A stretch of 64,000 bases of DNA from Tubulanus polymorphus. Taxonomy: Eukaryota; Animalia; Nemertea. Below, piece after piece: positions 46,967 to 60,925 of this stretch. The notes beneath the pieces are model-generated. The model did not search any database. It saw only the letters and a list, made by a program, of their open reading frames with translations, and was not told the DNA's origin. The stretch spans positions 2,476,416 through 2,540,415 of the forward strand of contig NC_134032.1 of assembly GCF_964204645.1 (NCBI RefSeq), read 5' to 3'. Position 1 is the first letter of the stretch, and the number at the start of each line of letters is the position of its first letter. The translations under genes and the position numbers were made by a program.

Positions 46967-49900
46967 GAAACGGCCAGTGCATGGGGAGGTTGGAGCCCTT
47001 GTTTCCAAACTTGTGACGGCGGGTCTCAGACGCGTTATCGATCGTGAAACGACCCGGCACCATCCAACGGTGGTTTGAGCTGCGCCGACCAAAACCTCGG
47101 ACCTGATAGCGACTCGAAGACGTGCGATATTCGCCCCAGTTTGTTTTCATTTTGATACAGACTATTGTGGTTGCGTCAATCCGACTTGTCTTAATTCACT
47201 TTTATTCGATTTTCTATTAAAACAGTAAATGGTGGCTTCACTGATTGGACGAAGTGGAACTTTTGCTCGAAAACCTGCGGAGGTGGAACCCAGAAACGGA
47301 CTCGTACGTGTACCGATCCGGCGCCGGCAAATGGTGGCAAACGATGTACTGAACCTTGTGAGGAAACACGTGACTGCTACAAACAACCGTGTCAAGGTGA
47401 TAATGAAATTGAGTTTAAAGCTTCTAATGTCTGGACCACCCTGTACCTAATCAGCCCCAGCCCCCCCCCCCCCAACACCAGATACTAAATATTCTCAGGG
47501 CGGATCTAGGCTTATGGTAGAGGTTGGAACCAAAGAGAAGTAAAAAGGGCCCAAATAAGAGACATATTGAAATTCTGAGGAAAATTTCAGATCATCCACA
47601 TTTTACATGTGTTCGAGACTTCACCTGAGATGTTTTTTAATTGAAAATGAACTACAAACACCAGACATTAGACATTTTATCAGTACACTTTCAAAAACTG
47701 ATCGTCAAGACTTTGCATGTGTTCAGAACTTCGCCTGAGACATTTTCCAAACACCACACATTAGACATTTTATCATCTCACTTTCAGAAACTGATCATCC
47801 ACGCTTCAAACGTGTTCAGAACTTCACCTGAGACATTTTCCAAACACCACATATCGTGGTGTTTGGAAAATGCAATTTCCATTGAAAATGAATTACAAAC
47901 ACCAGACATCAGACATTTTATGAGTACACATTCAAAAACTGATCTTCCACACTTAACGCTATAATCGTGGATATCTGAAGGGAGGAGATCCTAGGCTGCA
48001 TTGAAATATGATTAAACTCAGTGTTAACTATATCAGTCGCCACTACTCGAATGAAAATCTGTTACATTTGTTCAGAATCTGCCCAGTCAGATACAAAATA
48101 CACTAAATACAATTTGTTTTCTGAATAGTTAATGGTGGTTATACAGTTTGGGGAGTATGGTCTGAGTGTAGCAGCTCGTGCGGTGTAGCGTTCCGGACTC
48201 GGCGACGGACCTGTACGAATCCAACTCCGAGCGCATGCGGCGGGGACTGCTCAATATTCGGACCCGATATCGATAAACATGAATGCGCGAGAAAATCCTG
48301 TTCAGGTATTTATTTGATTTGTTAGAAATCGTTGATAGTTTTGGGGAACCCGTACATCATCCGCAGTTTTCAAACTAGACCAGTCCATGTTCTATGCAGT
48401 ACTTCTAAGGAGTCAATCAACTCTAAAACCAGTTCAGGTTGTTTAAGCTGATCTTTTAAATTTGGATTCGAGGACAGGGCGCTTCCGACATCTAACTGAA
48501 ACGGTCCTAGTCGACTACAGCAACATTCCCGTTGAAAATATATGTGCAGAATAGGCAGCTGTTGTTGTAGGACCTTGCAAAACCTTCCAAATGCCCGAGA
48601 CCTCTGACCGACAGACGTCACAGTCGTGCAAAGGTGTTTTGACGTTGTGCGAAGTGCCGATTAGTGAATCAATTGATTTATGTTCATTTGCTGTAAGATT
48701 GAGAGCCAGAAAACGGCAGGGCCGGTTAATTGGATTTCATCGACATGCGACTGTCTGTAGTTCAAATGAATAAAAACTTTCAAAGAAAAACATCAGTTCT
48801 CTTAGAAATGTGCTCGAAATTCAAAAAGTTAAAGATTTATAAGCCACCACACTTATCATAATTGTCATTATCCATATCATTATCATAATTCATATTATCA
48901 TCATTCTCATCATTATCATTATCACTAACCATATCATAATCAACATCATATCAATATCAATATTATAATTTGTATTATCATCATTCTCCACATCATTATC
49001 ATTATCCATACCGTTATGCATACCGTTATCATAATCCGTGTAATTATTTTCCATATTATTATACATATCATTATCATAATCATTAAAATTGATTTTCTAT
49101 CTCATACAGAAACGTTAGTCTTACGAGGTAAGAATACGTATCAGAGTAATGGTTTGATCGAAGGAGGTGTGTCCGGCCGAGCTGTTGACGGCATCGAAAA
49201 TCCCTACTGGTCTGGAAGAAGTTGTTCCCATACCGGTCCACCCGCTAATGGCAGCAATCTCAACTGGTGGACCGTTGACCTCGGAGCCATCTATGACGTC
49301 AGTGATGTCTGGATACTGAACCGTAAAGATTGCTGTAGTAAGTACGACTCAGTTGGGAACGCGTTGAACGTGTGAGGAGTGGAGGCGCAGAGAATCGATC
49401 GAGGACGCCCTGTGAATATTATATAGTTATAAAGGATCGATTACATTCATTCGTTCATTCTTTATTGCTCGCAAACAAAAAAATTTGCGTAGAGCGAAAA
49501 GGGCAAATTTATGAAAATTGTTTTTAACAAGATGGCAGATATAACTATAGTTCAAAAGTATTTTAGACCTTCTGTAACATATACAAAGAAGTTGAGACGA
49601 GTTCTTTCTGTAGAATTTATAAGTTTGCAGAGTTTTAATGATTTGGTCTAATTCTATAGTTAAGGTTTTATGTGCGCTGTGCGCATGTCATTGAAAAGGG
49701 GACAAACTAACAAAAAATACTATTCGTAGGGTCTATATAGGTGTGGTATATATAGGGTATCTTACTGATTATTCTAACAGGTGATCGCTTGAGAGACTTT
49801 AGAATTTACGTCACGGACAAACGGATAACGAGTGAACAATCCGATTCGTTAGTTTGCGCCTTCCAGGTAAAAAGTTTTGGCGCCGGTGAATTGAAGAGGT

Positions 49901-51121
49901 TCCGATGTAATAACGGGAGTCTGGCGGGTCAATTCGTGACTGTAATGATGACGAGCGGTGAAATGTTGACTTTGTGCGAGGTTCGCGTGGCTGGGATTTT
50001 CAAAATGCAAACACCAGGTCGGTATTCACTTCACTTTCACAATCGATGATTTAAAGTCTAAGTCGTAGTCGTTATTTTGACGGATTTTCAAAATGACGAT
50101 TTTCACCTAGTAAATCGAATTAGAAATATAAATTGGGAGTGAAGTAGGCCTTATGAATGCTGATGATGAATCGTCCGATGGTACTTGCAGTGAGGTTGTA
50201 GATCGTGTTTGTATAACGAATACTTTTGTTGGTTAATTTCTCAAGCGCTGATCGATTTGAAAGGAAAGCCAGTTGAACAAAGCTCAACGGATGGTGTAGA
50301 TAAAGGCGATCCTAAAAAAGCGATTGATGGTAATGAAGATACCGACTTTAAAACCGGTAAATCGTGTTCGCGAACCCTGGAGGCTCCGATTAACTGGTGG
50401 AAGATAGATCTTCAACAGGACCTTGTAGTGACTAGTGTTACAATAGTGAGCAGGGCTGATTGTTGCAGTAAGTTATCCTGATACGATTTGTACAAAAGCC
50501 CTGAAATGGTGAGTGCAGGAAAGCCTGGAGTTAGCCTGAACCCTGTACAGATTCATTAAGTCCAAACTCACCGCAGTTATGAATTTTTTTTAATCGGGCA
50601 CATGTTTAGATAAGATAATTTATTACTCTCCAAACATTTCCATGTTACCTGGAGGGGAAAAAGATTTTGTTTACAAGTATTCACATATCAAGAGAAAAAT
50701 AAAAAAAAACTTTAAAAACATAACAAGGTTATTTACAATAAATACAAATACAGTGTACTGTTTACAATCGAGAGACTACAGGGGGATCTATATATTATAT
50801 ATCTAAATCATCTTTTTTAAGACGAATCAGCAGCGACATCTATTGTAATTTCGTCTAAATATTTCTATCTCTACAGGTGAAAGATTAAATAATTTCAAGA
50901 TTCTCGTGTCCGCGACTCCATTCGACCAAACAGCCACGTACACGCAGGATCAGGTATGCCACTCGAATCCAGGTGTTGTCGCTCCTGGAGCCAAAGAAGA
51001 ATTTACCTGTGCGCCCGATTTGAAGGGAAGATACGTCGCCATTAGAACGGAAAGTGGAACATATTTGACTCTGTGCGAAGTCCTGATTATAGGGTCAGCC
51101 CTTGAGAAGAAACGCCAGTAA
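46967..51121 (+). CDS. Spliced host gene: three TSP1 repeats plus two F-type lectin (fucolectin) domains; 5' end not identified
   Basis: Exons ~46967-47140 (in-frame TGA 47045), 47226-47396, 48129-48305, 49110-49337, 49781-50017, 50246-50467, 50877-51121; WxxWxxCSxTCGGG..RxRxC; AVDG, WWxVDL, RxDCC, LTLCEV; AG/GT boundaries. Confidence 0.85.
47585..47955. repeat. Degenerate intronic tandem repeat
   Basis: ACTTCACCTGAGAC and CACCAGACATTAGACATTTTA recur. Confidence 0.7.
48853..49085. repeat. Degenerate (ATC/ATT)n low-complexity tract
   Basis: Direct reading. Confidence 0.85.
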
Positions 51122-51581
51122 TATTATTCTAAACTACTGTAGACACGAAAGCGTTTTAAAACGCTTTAGTAAAGAAAAAGAAAGATTTATGATAGAAAAA
51201 ATTATCCGAAAATCCGAATCTGTGTTTAAAATCATTAGAAATTTCTGTGTGTACAAGATAACACAAGTGTCCTAAAAGTAGTTTTTAGTTGTTAATTTAT
51301 TTTAGCGACGTCTGCGGCGGTAAAAACTGCGACACGATCGAATGAAAACTTAAAGGACCCGACCACTCAAACACGAGGCCAGGCGTACATTACACCGATT
51401 CTCGAATTAGTCTCTGAAACGGTGCAACGTATCAATGAGTCCGTTCGTTGCACTAGGACCCGTCGTACTTTTCGATCTTAAAAATAGGGGTCGACCCTGT
51501 CATTTATTTGATTGGTAAATTTCGTTTGATATTTTTTTGATTGAGTGTCCCTTACAAACCCACCACACCTGCCAGTTCTCT

Positions 51582-52010
51582 TTTAATGGCGCTACGTACT
51601 CTCTTAGTTTTGAAAATGGCTCATAGAATTGAGTCTAAACGTCACTACTCTCTTAGTTTTGAAAATGGCTCATAGAATTGAGTCTAAACGTCACTACTCT
51701 CTTAGTTTTGAAAATGGCTCATAGAATTGAGTCTAAACGTCACTACTCTCTTAGTTTTGAAAATGGCTCATAGAATTGAGTCTAAACGTCACTACTATCT
51801 TAGTTTTGAAAATGTCTCATAGAATTGAGTCTAAACGTCACTACTCTCTTAGTTTTGAAAATGGCTCATAGAATTGAGTCTAAACGTCACTACTATCTTA
51901 GTTTTTGAAAATGGCTCACAGAATTATCACTACTCTTACAGTTTTTAAAAGTGGCTCATAGAATCGAGTCAAAACTTCCCTACTGTCTTAATTGTTGTAA
52001 AATGGCCCAT
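51582..52010. repeat. 49-bp minisatellite, ~8 copies degenerating at the right
   Basis: CACTACTCTCTTAGTTTTGAAAATGGCTCATAGAATTGAGTCTAAACGT. Confidence 0.95.
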
Positions 52011-52083
52011 AGTCTGGCGACGTTTCGACTCAATTCTGTGGGCCAGTGACGGTTCTTTGCCAGAATGAAATTAAGTGAGGATG

Positions 52084-52197
52084 TTATGAAAGTTTGGCTG
52101 AGATATATTTTTGGTGTTTATCCCCCTCCATGAGCACTAGATCACCTATCTCTTGGGGGATAAACACCAAAAATATATCTCAGCCAAACTTTCATAA
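52084..52197. repeat. Perfect 43-bp inverted repeat with a 28-nt spacer
   Basis: TTATGAAAGTTTGGCTGAGATATATTTTTGGTGTTTATCCCCC and its reverse complement. Confidence 0.95.
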
Positions 52198-52559
52198 ATT
52201 GGGGGGGGGGGGGCGGGCTAGGTTGGGATTCGATTTTTCTCGAAGTCCAGTGAACTGCATCGGGGCTAGACATTTTTTCGCATTGCCTGATCGCGGCATT
52301 TCATCAATAATCGCTTCTGGCAATCGAATGTTGCGAAGGTTGTTGTTTTCTAGGGATTCTTGCTGTCAAGTAACACATCTGATTCGATTGCCTCCGAGAT
52401 GTCCAGTGTTTCTAATTTCATTAGGTACCAAGGCGTTGGTTGGCTTACAAGTCAGTTGGATCTGGGACCGGTTGACCTTAAAGTTTCAAATAGTCAATCC
52501 AACAACTTTAGACTAGTCTGCTCATTTCGGTTCAACCAAGACGAATAATAATAAGAACG

Positions 52560-53858
52560 CAACTATCACAATCTTCATGATGATAATGAGTTTATTTACA
52601 TGTTCAAACGTTTCGATCGATTTCGACTCATCTCTTCGAGTCCTTTTCAAGAAATGACATGAAAAGATACAAACTATGTATAGTATACTGTTACTAATTA
52701 CAGAGAATATCATGCAGGCGTGAAGTGGCCTAGTTTACAAAGTACAAATGGATTATAAACATATCAAAATACGTTCAGTAAAAATGAGACACCACGTGTG
52801 GAAAGTTGTTTGTTAATACTTGGTTTTTTGGATTTTATATATAATGCCTCTTTGATGGTGATTTCAAAGTCAATTTTTCCAGAATCAACGAATGGAAAGT
52901 TGTTTTTTAAAGAAAAATGTGATGCACAATTTATACATGATGTTAAATGTTCCTTAATTGCTGAGGGCGAAGTTCCATGCTCCTTTACCCTTGTGGCCAA
53001 ATGTCGCATTGTTTTACCAATGTATGTGTTATTTGCATCACGCAAACATTTGAATTTATAAATAACATTGGCCAACAAGGGTGAAGGAGTATGGGACTTG
53101 AGTGAAAAGTAGTTCCTAATTTTGAAAGAAGTAAAGACAATACGAATATCCACGTTGTAATATTGTTTGAATAGACTCTTGAGTTTTCTGCTAAATATGA
53201 TCGAAGGGAGGCCTATGTAAGGAACGAAAAAAAGTGTTTCGACCTTATCTTCCCTGACCATACTAGCGGGAGTATCATCACTACATTATTTTGCTATTCA
53301 AAAATCTTCTAAGACACGAATTAAACAAATCTTGTGGGTAGCCATTTTAACGGAAAACGTTTTTTAGGAAATCCATGGGCAGCCCTCTAGGGCCCACTAT
53401 GGCTAATTTCTGTTTGGCTTATTTTGAATCTAAGCTGCTAGATGATTGTTCAGGGAAATTTTTGCGCCATCGTTATACCTACGTTATGTTGATGATATTT
53501 TCTGTGTATTCAGACGTGATTCAATACATGCATCTTTCCTGGAGAAACTAAATGCACTACACCCAAATCTTAAATTTACTTCAGAAATAGGGCCGTCTAC
53601 ACTTCCATTTCTAGATACGTATATTTCGCTCCCAGCAACGGATGATGGTACCTTCACTTCTCATGTATTTAGAAAATCAACTTACACTAGCTTAAATTCT
53701 AAACTTTTCAGCTATGTGTCCTCAAAAATGGAAATTTGGTTTAATCCAATGTCTGCTCCATAGAGCATATACCATAAGCAGTAGTTGGTTTGTTTTCTCA
53801 CAAGAAATTGATTTCCTAAAAAACGTTTTCCGCAAAAATGGCTACCCACAAGATTTGT
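52560..53858. mobile_element. Penelope-like element with an inverted 5' part
   Basis: GIY-YIG (VIYKFKC..YIGKTMRHLATRVKEH) on minus 52764-53261; RT (MGSPLGPTMAN, YLRYVDD, LPFLD) on plus 53375-53858; ~48 bp duplicated in inverted orientation at the junctions. Confidence 0.88.
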
Positions 53859-54165
53859 GTATCATCATCGACTCGTTTCTGTACTTACTTCTGGCCGCTT
53901 GATTTTCAGTCCAGCTCTCCACTTCAGCTATCGAAAAGTCGGGACAAAGTTTGGTCCGATTGAACGAACTAGCAAGCGCAGAAATCTTGAAACATTTGTT
54001 GTTTCCAACCGGAGTCCAACCACCATTCGCTGAAACTGCATCCGTATGAAATATGAATAGAAAAGGCCCTTTTATCACCCATCTTCCCTCGGCAGGGATT
54101 CGAACCTAATGACATCGCAACACTCAGCCACGGCACGAACCACTGCCGCACTAGACTGGGTGCGT
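53859..54165 (-). mobile_element. tRNA-derived SINE-like element
   Basis: Minus strand A box TAGTGCGGCAGTGG and B box GGTTCGAATCCC; its 3' ~100 bp recur at 55139-55242. Confidence 0.65.
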
Positions 54166-54432
54166 AGGTACACGCGCAGTTTTGCCGCATAAAAACTTTC
54201 GGCACCAATCAGATTGCTCGTTGTTTAATCGATGAGGTAAATTTCACGTAAGAACTATGAATGGGAAAACCCGAGCTAAAATAAAACGGGATATCTGATT
54301 GGCTGATAATGACATCATCTAAGCTGCGCGTGTAATCACCGTGCTTATGAGTGCTATTCCTTGTTGTAAAACTTGGATGTTTCAAATATTCACAGGCAAA
54401 ACAAAAAAAGAATTGAGAATGATTTCTTATTA

Positions 54433-54956
54433 GGGAGAGGGAGAGGGAGAGGGAGAGGGAGAGGGAGAGGGAGAGGGAGAGGGAGAGGGAGAGGGAGAGG
54501 GAGAGGGAGAGGGAGAGGGAGAGGGAGAGGGAGAGGGAGAGGGAGAGGGAGAGGGAGAGGGAGAGGGAGAGGGAGAGGGAGAGGGAGAGGGAGAGGGAGA
54601 GGGAGAGGGAGAGGGAGAGGGAGAGGGAGAGGGAGAGGGAGAGGGAGAGGGAGAGGGAGAGGGAGAGGGAGAGGGAGAGGGAGAGGGAGAGGGAGAGGGA
54701 GAGGGAGAGGGAGAGGGAGAGGGAGAGGGAGAGGGAGAGGGAGAGGGAGAGGGAGAGGGAGAGGGAGAGGGAGAGGGAGAGGGAGAGGGAGAGGGAGAGG
54801 GAGAGGGAGAGGGAGAGGGAGAGGGAGAGGGAGAGGGAGAGGGAGAGGGAGAGGGAGAGGGAGAGGGAGAGGGAGAGGGAGAGGGAGAGGGAGAGGGAGA
54901 GGGAGAGGGAGAGGGAGAGGGAGAGGGAGAGGGAGAGGGAGAGGGAGAGGGAGAGG
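54433..54956. repeat. (GGGAGA)~87 microsatellite
   Basis: Direct reading. Confidence 0.98.
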
Positions 54957-55249
54957 AAGGTTGGGCGAAGATGGTCGAAAGACATCTTGATTATGAATGC
55001 CGTCACTATTAAAAGTGATCTTATTAAAGTAAAAATGTAAATCGACGGACAGCTAGAAGCTCATATCTACCGGACTTTGGCTGGTTCTATTGGTCTACGG
55101 GTTAGCACGCTTGCCTTCTACGAACGAGACCCAGGTGTATCATCATCGACTCGGTTCTGTACTTACTCCTGGCCGCTTGATTTTCAGTCCAGCTCTCCAC
55201 TTCAGCTATCGAAAAGTCGGTACAAAGTTTGGTCCGATTGAAGGCACGG

Positions 55250-55455
55250 CCAGTACAGCTCTCAGACAGTCAGTACACTCTAAGACAGACACTACCAGAC
55301 AGGCAGCCCACTCTCAGACAGTCAGCACACTCTCAGACAGTCAGTACACTCTCAGACAGACAGTACACTATCGGACAGGCAGCACACTCTCAGACAGTCA
55401 GCACACTCTCAGACAACCAGATACAGCTCTCAGACTGTCAGTACACTCTCAGATA
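55250..55455. repeat. ~20-bp tandem repeat
   Basis: CACTCTCAGACAGTCAG(T/C)A recurring. Confidence 0.85.
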
Positions 55456-55486
55456 GTAATACACTATCATTTGATCCGCATGAATC

Positions 55487-56445
55487 ATGAATTCTTCTCA
55501 GATGCAAATTGGTCGACCTTATCTTGGTTACATCGTTCTCATGTCTGTAGTGAACAGGTCTGGAGTCTACCGTACTGTCTCACTGGTCATTTTGCCCGTC
55601 TGGTTCCTGTTAGGAGCATTCGGAAATTCGGCTACTTTCCTGATAATGATTAGTCGCAGATTCCGTAGTTTATCGTACGCTAACTACCTGATCGCTTTGT
55701 CTGCTCGTGATTTTATGTACTGTATCAATTTCACTCTGATGCCCGTTTTACAGTTTGTTCTCTATCAAGTTAAAGACTTCTCTATCAAGTTATATTCATG
55801 ATGAATTCACTGATCAGTTGTCAAATACATGAATTTGTAATGATTCTTGCATGCAGCAATAGTTCGTGGTTGATAGTAGCGATATCTCAAGAACGTGCGG
55901 CGATTGTGCTCTTCCCGTTCACAACTCGTTTGATATGTACAACGAGATTCGCTAGATTTACTATATTGATAATTACTGCAGTGAATTTACTGGTTCTATA
56001 TCTCACGCCTGTTTTGTCGATGCATTACATCGACCAGTTTTTAGGATGTTTCGGGGAATCATTTGAGCAAATAACATATTTCTCTCTGATCGTTGTCTAC
56101 GTAAACATTCTATCTTTGATTTTGATTCTAACATCAAATTCTGTAATAATCATTCAGTTATTCAGAGGTTCAAAAATGGTTTCGTCCGATCAGAAAACAA
56201 CCAAATCAAAACGTACAACGATAATGCTTGTAACAGTTTCACTCGCTTTTGCAATGTTCACTCTTCCGTCCACTATTACTACATATTTACCAATCCCGGT
56301 AGAACAGAGAGATTTTCTTTATGACATTTTCACACCGTTTCAAATCTGTAATTATGTGATTAATTTTTACATATACCTATTACTGGGACGAGAAATTCGC
56401 GAATATTTCTATGCGGAGATTGGCTGTATGAGTTTAGAGAAATAA
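55487..56445 (+). pseudogene. Intronless class A GPCR, frameshift near 55790
   Basis: GAFGNSATFLIM, YLIALSARD, AISQERAAIVLFP, MLVTVSLAF..LP, NYVINFYIY. Confidence 0.85.
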
Positions 56446-57375
56446 CAATGCCTGATTTCAAGTATGGTTCAGACGGTCCTTCCCCTAAACAACGGTGGAC
56501 TCTGTTTGTTAATTGATAAACTGATATTTCCTGCACATGTTTGCAGAATGTATCACGGTTCATAACACGTGCGTAGCGATGAACTGGAGTCACGTGAGAG
56601 GAATCTAACGAAGCAACTGTCGGTGTTTCCTGAACTCGGACGGCTCGGTGATAACGATCACAAACAAACGTGGAGATAGCTGAAAGGAAAATTTAACCTA
56701 AATCTAAATTTATCAAGTTTGATTTTGTTTAGGAATTTGTAACCATCTTATACAATCGAAGTGTAAGCTATTTTACAAATACATAATCTATCCATTACAC
56801 AACACCTTTGACTGAACTAGTATTAGGATATTAGTTGATATTCGGATTCAGTATTTCCGATACCGCGGGTGATCTGAGACCGTTTGGCCGCTTGAAGTGT
56901 TTATTGAGTTGTGCTACTTTTAGGCCTACGTGCTTTACTGTTTCAAACGAACACAATATAATTGTTGTGTTTATTTACGGACACATGGATTAAAATTCAA
57001 ACAAAATTTGCAATAGAAAATCCGACACATTGCTATGACACGTAGTACTAAAGATTTGTTTCTTCGTCCGAAAATAAAATATAACACGAATCACTGCGCG
57101 TAGTTAGGTTATGGGTCCTGGCGTACACACAATTTAAAAGGAGTTTATTATGAGAACTGAAACCTTTGTTTGAGATTGAAAGAGCGATCAGAGTGAGTAA
57201 TATTAGAAGTGCCGTTTTATCCATAATTATATACGGTGAGTTTGATGTCGAGCATCTCAACTGTAATTTCATATCGGTTGTTGAGAAATGATAACAGTTG
57301 ATAGACGGGTGCATCGTGTGCGTTTCTGCGCAGTTCACCGAGTAGCATTCGGATTCTAAACAACTGGTATCATAA

Positions 57376-58581
57376 ATGAATAATGTTACTATCATCGCCG
57401 TTAATACAACCCAGCGACTGTCACACGCTGCTAGGACACCAGCTTTTATTACAGCTTTTAGAAGTTTTACTAGATGCGCTTATCTTCTCAACTTCTACAC
57501 ATTTACTTTGTTAGTGTTTCCACTCGGAAGTGTGTTCAACTTTCTGACAATAATTCTACTGATAAAATGTCGCAGATACCAGACTGTTCGTTACACGTTC
57601 CCCTATCTCATAACTCTCGCGTTTTCGGAACAAATTGTTTTATTTATCAAGCTGAGCAACTGTCCATATTATTTGAAATACATCCTGGTTAAATTCCAAT
57701 TTTACCCGAAAATATGTGGAGATAACTATATGACATTGTCGAAACATGGCAAACTGTGTTCATCATCATTGTACCATTTCTATTATTATTTTCAGTACAT
57801 TCCTAACAAATTCATTCCAAAATGTTTGTTGGTTAACATATCTTACAACCAAGCAATAGCAGTATCACACTACATAGTGTTAGCAATTGCTGTTGAAAGA
57901 TTTGTTTCTATACGTTTTCCATTCTTTCATATGAGATATTTCACCTACAAACGGCGTGTAATCATAGTATGTGGTGTCATAGTGTTTTCCTGCATAATTA
58001 ACCTCGATTCTTCGAGTAAAAGCATCTACATTTATCTCAATGCTGTTCGTAGATATAACGAAACCTTCACTCAATTCAGTTGCAAGCAGTCTTATAGGAT
58101 GAACCAATTTCATTATGTCATTATAACAATGGCAAGAGTATTCTTTCAGGAGATATTTCCGGCCATTGCGGTCATCATAGCATCAATCCTAACTGGTTTA
58201 TCACGTGCTTAGAAATCTACCATGTTGAATAGAACAGGGGCAGAACGCTTTCGGTCATCGACCAGTAAAACACTTCTAGTTGTCATTTTAGTCTATATAA
58301 TTTGTGTTCTACCCAACACTGTCACTAAATTCACGCATAACTTCAACGAATTTCTCATGTATGTGATCTGGATAAACCATCGTATTAATTTTTATGGATC
58401 CCCTACTAGAACGTTTTACCTAATAGTTTTGTGGCGTGAATTAGAAGGAATATTTTACGGATTTCGAAACGTCTTGTTCTGCGTAAACTTTTTCATATAT
58501 TTCGGTACGTTACAAGTTTTTAGAAGACTATTTATAAAACTGTTCTACTACAATACTGATCCATGTAATAAAATTCAATAG
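57376..58581 (+). pseudogene. Intronless class A GPCR, paralog of 34343-35610, in-frame TAG at 58210
   Basis: VRYTFPYLIT, IAVERFVSIRFPFFHM, CVNFFIY shared with the paralog; ORFs 57376 and 58222 are in the same frame. Confidence 0.88.
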
Positions 58582-59079
58582 GAGATGCGAATACTTTGAC
58601 TTCCGATTATGAAATGCCTACTTCTAAAAACTAGCAACAGCATGCAGAGCAGGTTTCCCCTAATACAAATATCTAACAACCCGCAAAACCAGCTATCCCG
58701 CCAGATGGCGTGAAGAGCAGTAGGTCATCCGTTGTCAAAATTAGTTCATTTTCAATGAACTTTGAACTGGATTTTTTGACTCCCAAATCCATATATTATC
58801 ACAGCATCATCAAATACAAATACTTTCGATCTTTTACTCGGATATTGGTATAATAGTTTTCTTACATAATTGAGCTCCAGTTACTGATAGATTGATTGAA
58901 AACTTACAGTTATGTATCGGTGACGATGGAATAATACATTCAAACGGCAGAATCGACGATGCTGACATTTCTGATTTGGCAAAGAGACCTATCCTATTTC
59001 GTTGCCAAAGTATCAAAAATTTGTGGATTTGGTGATTTTGAGATCACATTCTTGAATTTTCATCTACGTGTAAATGCTA

Positions 59080-60925
59080 CCATCGCCGATGTACGAACTC
59101 GTTATTGAATTCCAGATCTCAGACAGCGCGTTAAAACGTAATTAAAGCCATGTTTTAAATGCAAGTGTATTCAGGGTAAACCTTCCACTACATCTGCCTT
59201 TGCCTAGCAATCGAGTAGTATCGGTTCTAGCAGTCGAGTAGTATCGGTCCCATATTTCGATTACTTAGGCCCTCTTGTGATAAAGTCTGGTCATAGTGAA
59301 TCGAAATGCTACGCTTGCCTTTTATATGTGTCGACCTATCGGTCGAGCTATGGTGGCTGATTCGGGACATGTAAAATTTTTTTTCGTCCTCCACGAAAAC
59401 GCGCAAAAACAAGTCTGACCGCGCAAAAACAAATATTACCGCGCAAAAACAAACTTATAACGCGCAAAAACGAAATAATCCGAATATTTTTTTTAATCGC
59501 CAGCGGTCGTGAACTTAAAAAATATTACGCCTGTAGGTATGCTGTCGCCATCTATTAGATCAAACAGTTTCTATGTGAAAACTTGTTAGATCTACCTAGT
59601 CCCACCCCTCATTAACATACGATTTGAATATAAATTGGAACTGGGTAGAACAATCTGAAAATAGCTTTTTCAATCTAAACCCTACTATTTAACCCAACTG
59701 GTGAAACATTACAAAATGTTCAATAGGGTTAGTCATAGGACAAATAGAGATCTAAACGACGTAAAGCAATGTAAACAAACAAACAACGACAAATTTCATT
59801 TATTTTTATTAATTCTGTATCTACAAATCTAACGCATGGTCTAATATGGGAATTGTTTTTTTTTTACTTTAATATAACGTGCACGGTATTTATATCCAAC
59901 ACGTTCGGACCAAGTGCTGCAGATACCAATTCAATGTTCTGCTAGAAATGTCTCTCAGAAAATGAATCTTTCAGAAATGAAGATAAATATCTGTATTTAA
60001 GGTAGAAAACTAGCAGAAAGTTGTGCCGATATTTTTCTTAGTATTTTGAAAGGTTTTGTGACACCGTAAAAACCGATACGATATGTTAACATACATTAAT
60101 AACTACCACGCGTTATAAATATGGTTGTGTGTTGGCTGGTGTGCCTACGTTATCAATATATAATGGGGCTAGACTGGTTGCCGGTCAATCATATTCAACT
60201 ATCGGTATTTTCAACAATAAAACTTCATTGTATTGTGATCAATCGAAGACAATAACAAACGATATACGCATATATTTATTCATCAAGGGGTCGTAAACTT
60301 GAATCAAGTAAGTTTTTCTTTGAAATCAATTAATACAACCACATAGATTAATCATTTCTTAAGTTACCGTTTAATCTAATAGATGGCGACAGCGTGACAT
60401 CATAGTAGCGCGCGTAAATTATCTAAATATATGTTTTTTTCGCGTTACTTGACGACCGCGAAAAACAAAGTTATAGCGCGCAAAAACGTTATATTCCGTT
60501 TTGCGCTTAAAGTTTGTTTTTGTGGGCGCACAGAAACAAATCTTACCGCGCTAAGACGGAGTATTTCGTTTTTGAGCGTTAAAAGTTTGTTTTTTGCGCG
60601 GCAATATTTGCTTTTGCGCGCAAAAGATTTGTTTTCGCGCGTTCTCGTGGACAGAAAATTCAGAGATTTAAATACTGACGAGATTATTCTGGCTCTTAAG
60701 CGGTGCACTATTCGCCGGTCAGTTCCTAGAAAATGTACATCCGACAATGCATCTACTTTTACATCGGCCAATGAAGTCTTGAATGAGATAATTACGTCGC
60801 ATGAGGTTGATAGTTATTTGGCTGAAAATAGAGTTCAACGGGAGTTTATAGTCAAACGTAGTCCCTGGCAAGGTTTTTTTTTATGAGCGGCTAGTGGACT
60901 TGGTTAAAGGCATGAACAAAAAGAT
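59080..60925 (+). mobile_element. BEL/Pao integrase relic interrupted by a non-autonomous DNA element
   Basis: DYLGPL..KCY upstream; RDLNTDEIILALKR..RR..P..SDNASTF..SPWQGFFYERLV downstream. Confidence 0.75.
59388..60652. mobile_element. Non-autonomous TIR element with CGCGCAAAAAC subterminal arrays
   Basis: CCACGAAAACGCGC versus GCGCGTTCTCGTGG; TGTCGCCATCTATTAGAT versus ATCTAATAGATGGCGACA; exact ends and TSD unresolved. Confidence 0.75.

Noticed and set aside
51582-52010. Possible CRISPR array
   Set aside because: Head-to-tail minisatellite without unique spacers
54209-55006. Poly-SL and poly-GR ORFs
   Set aside because: Translation of the GGGAGA microsatellite
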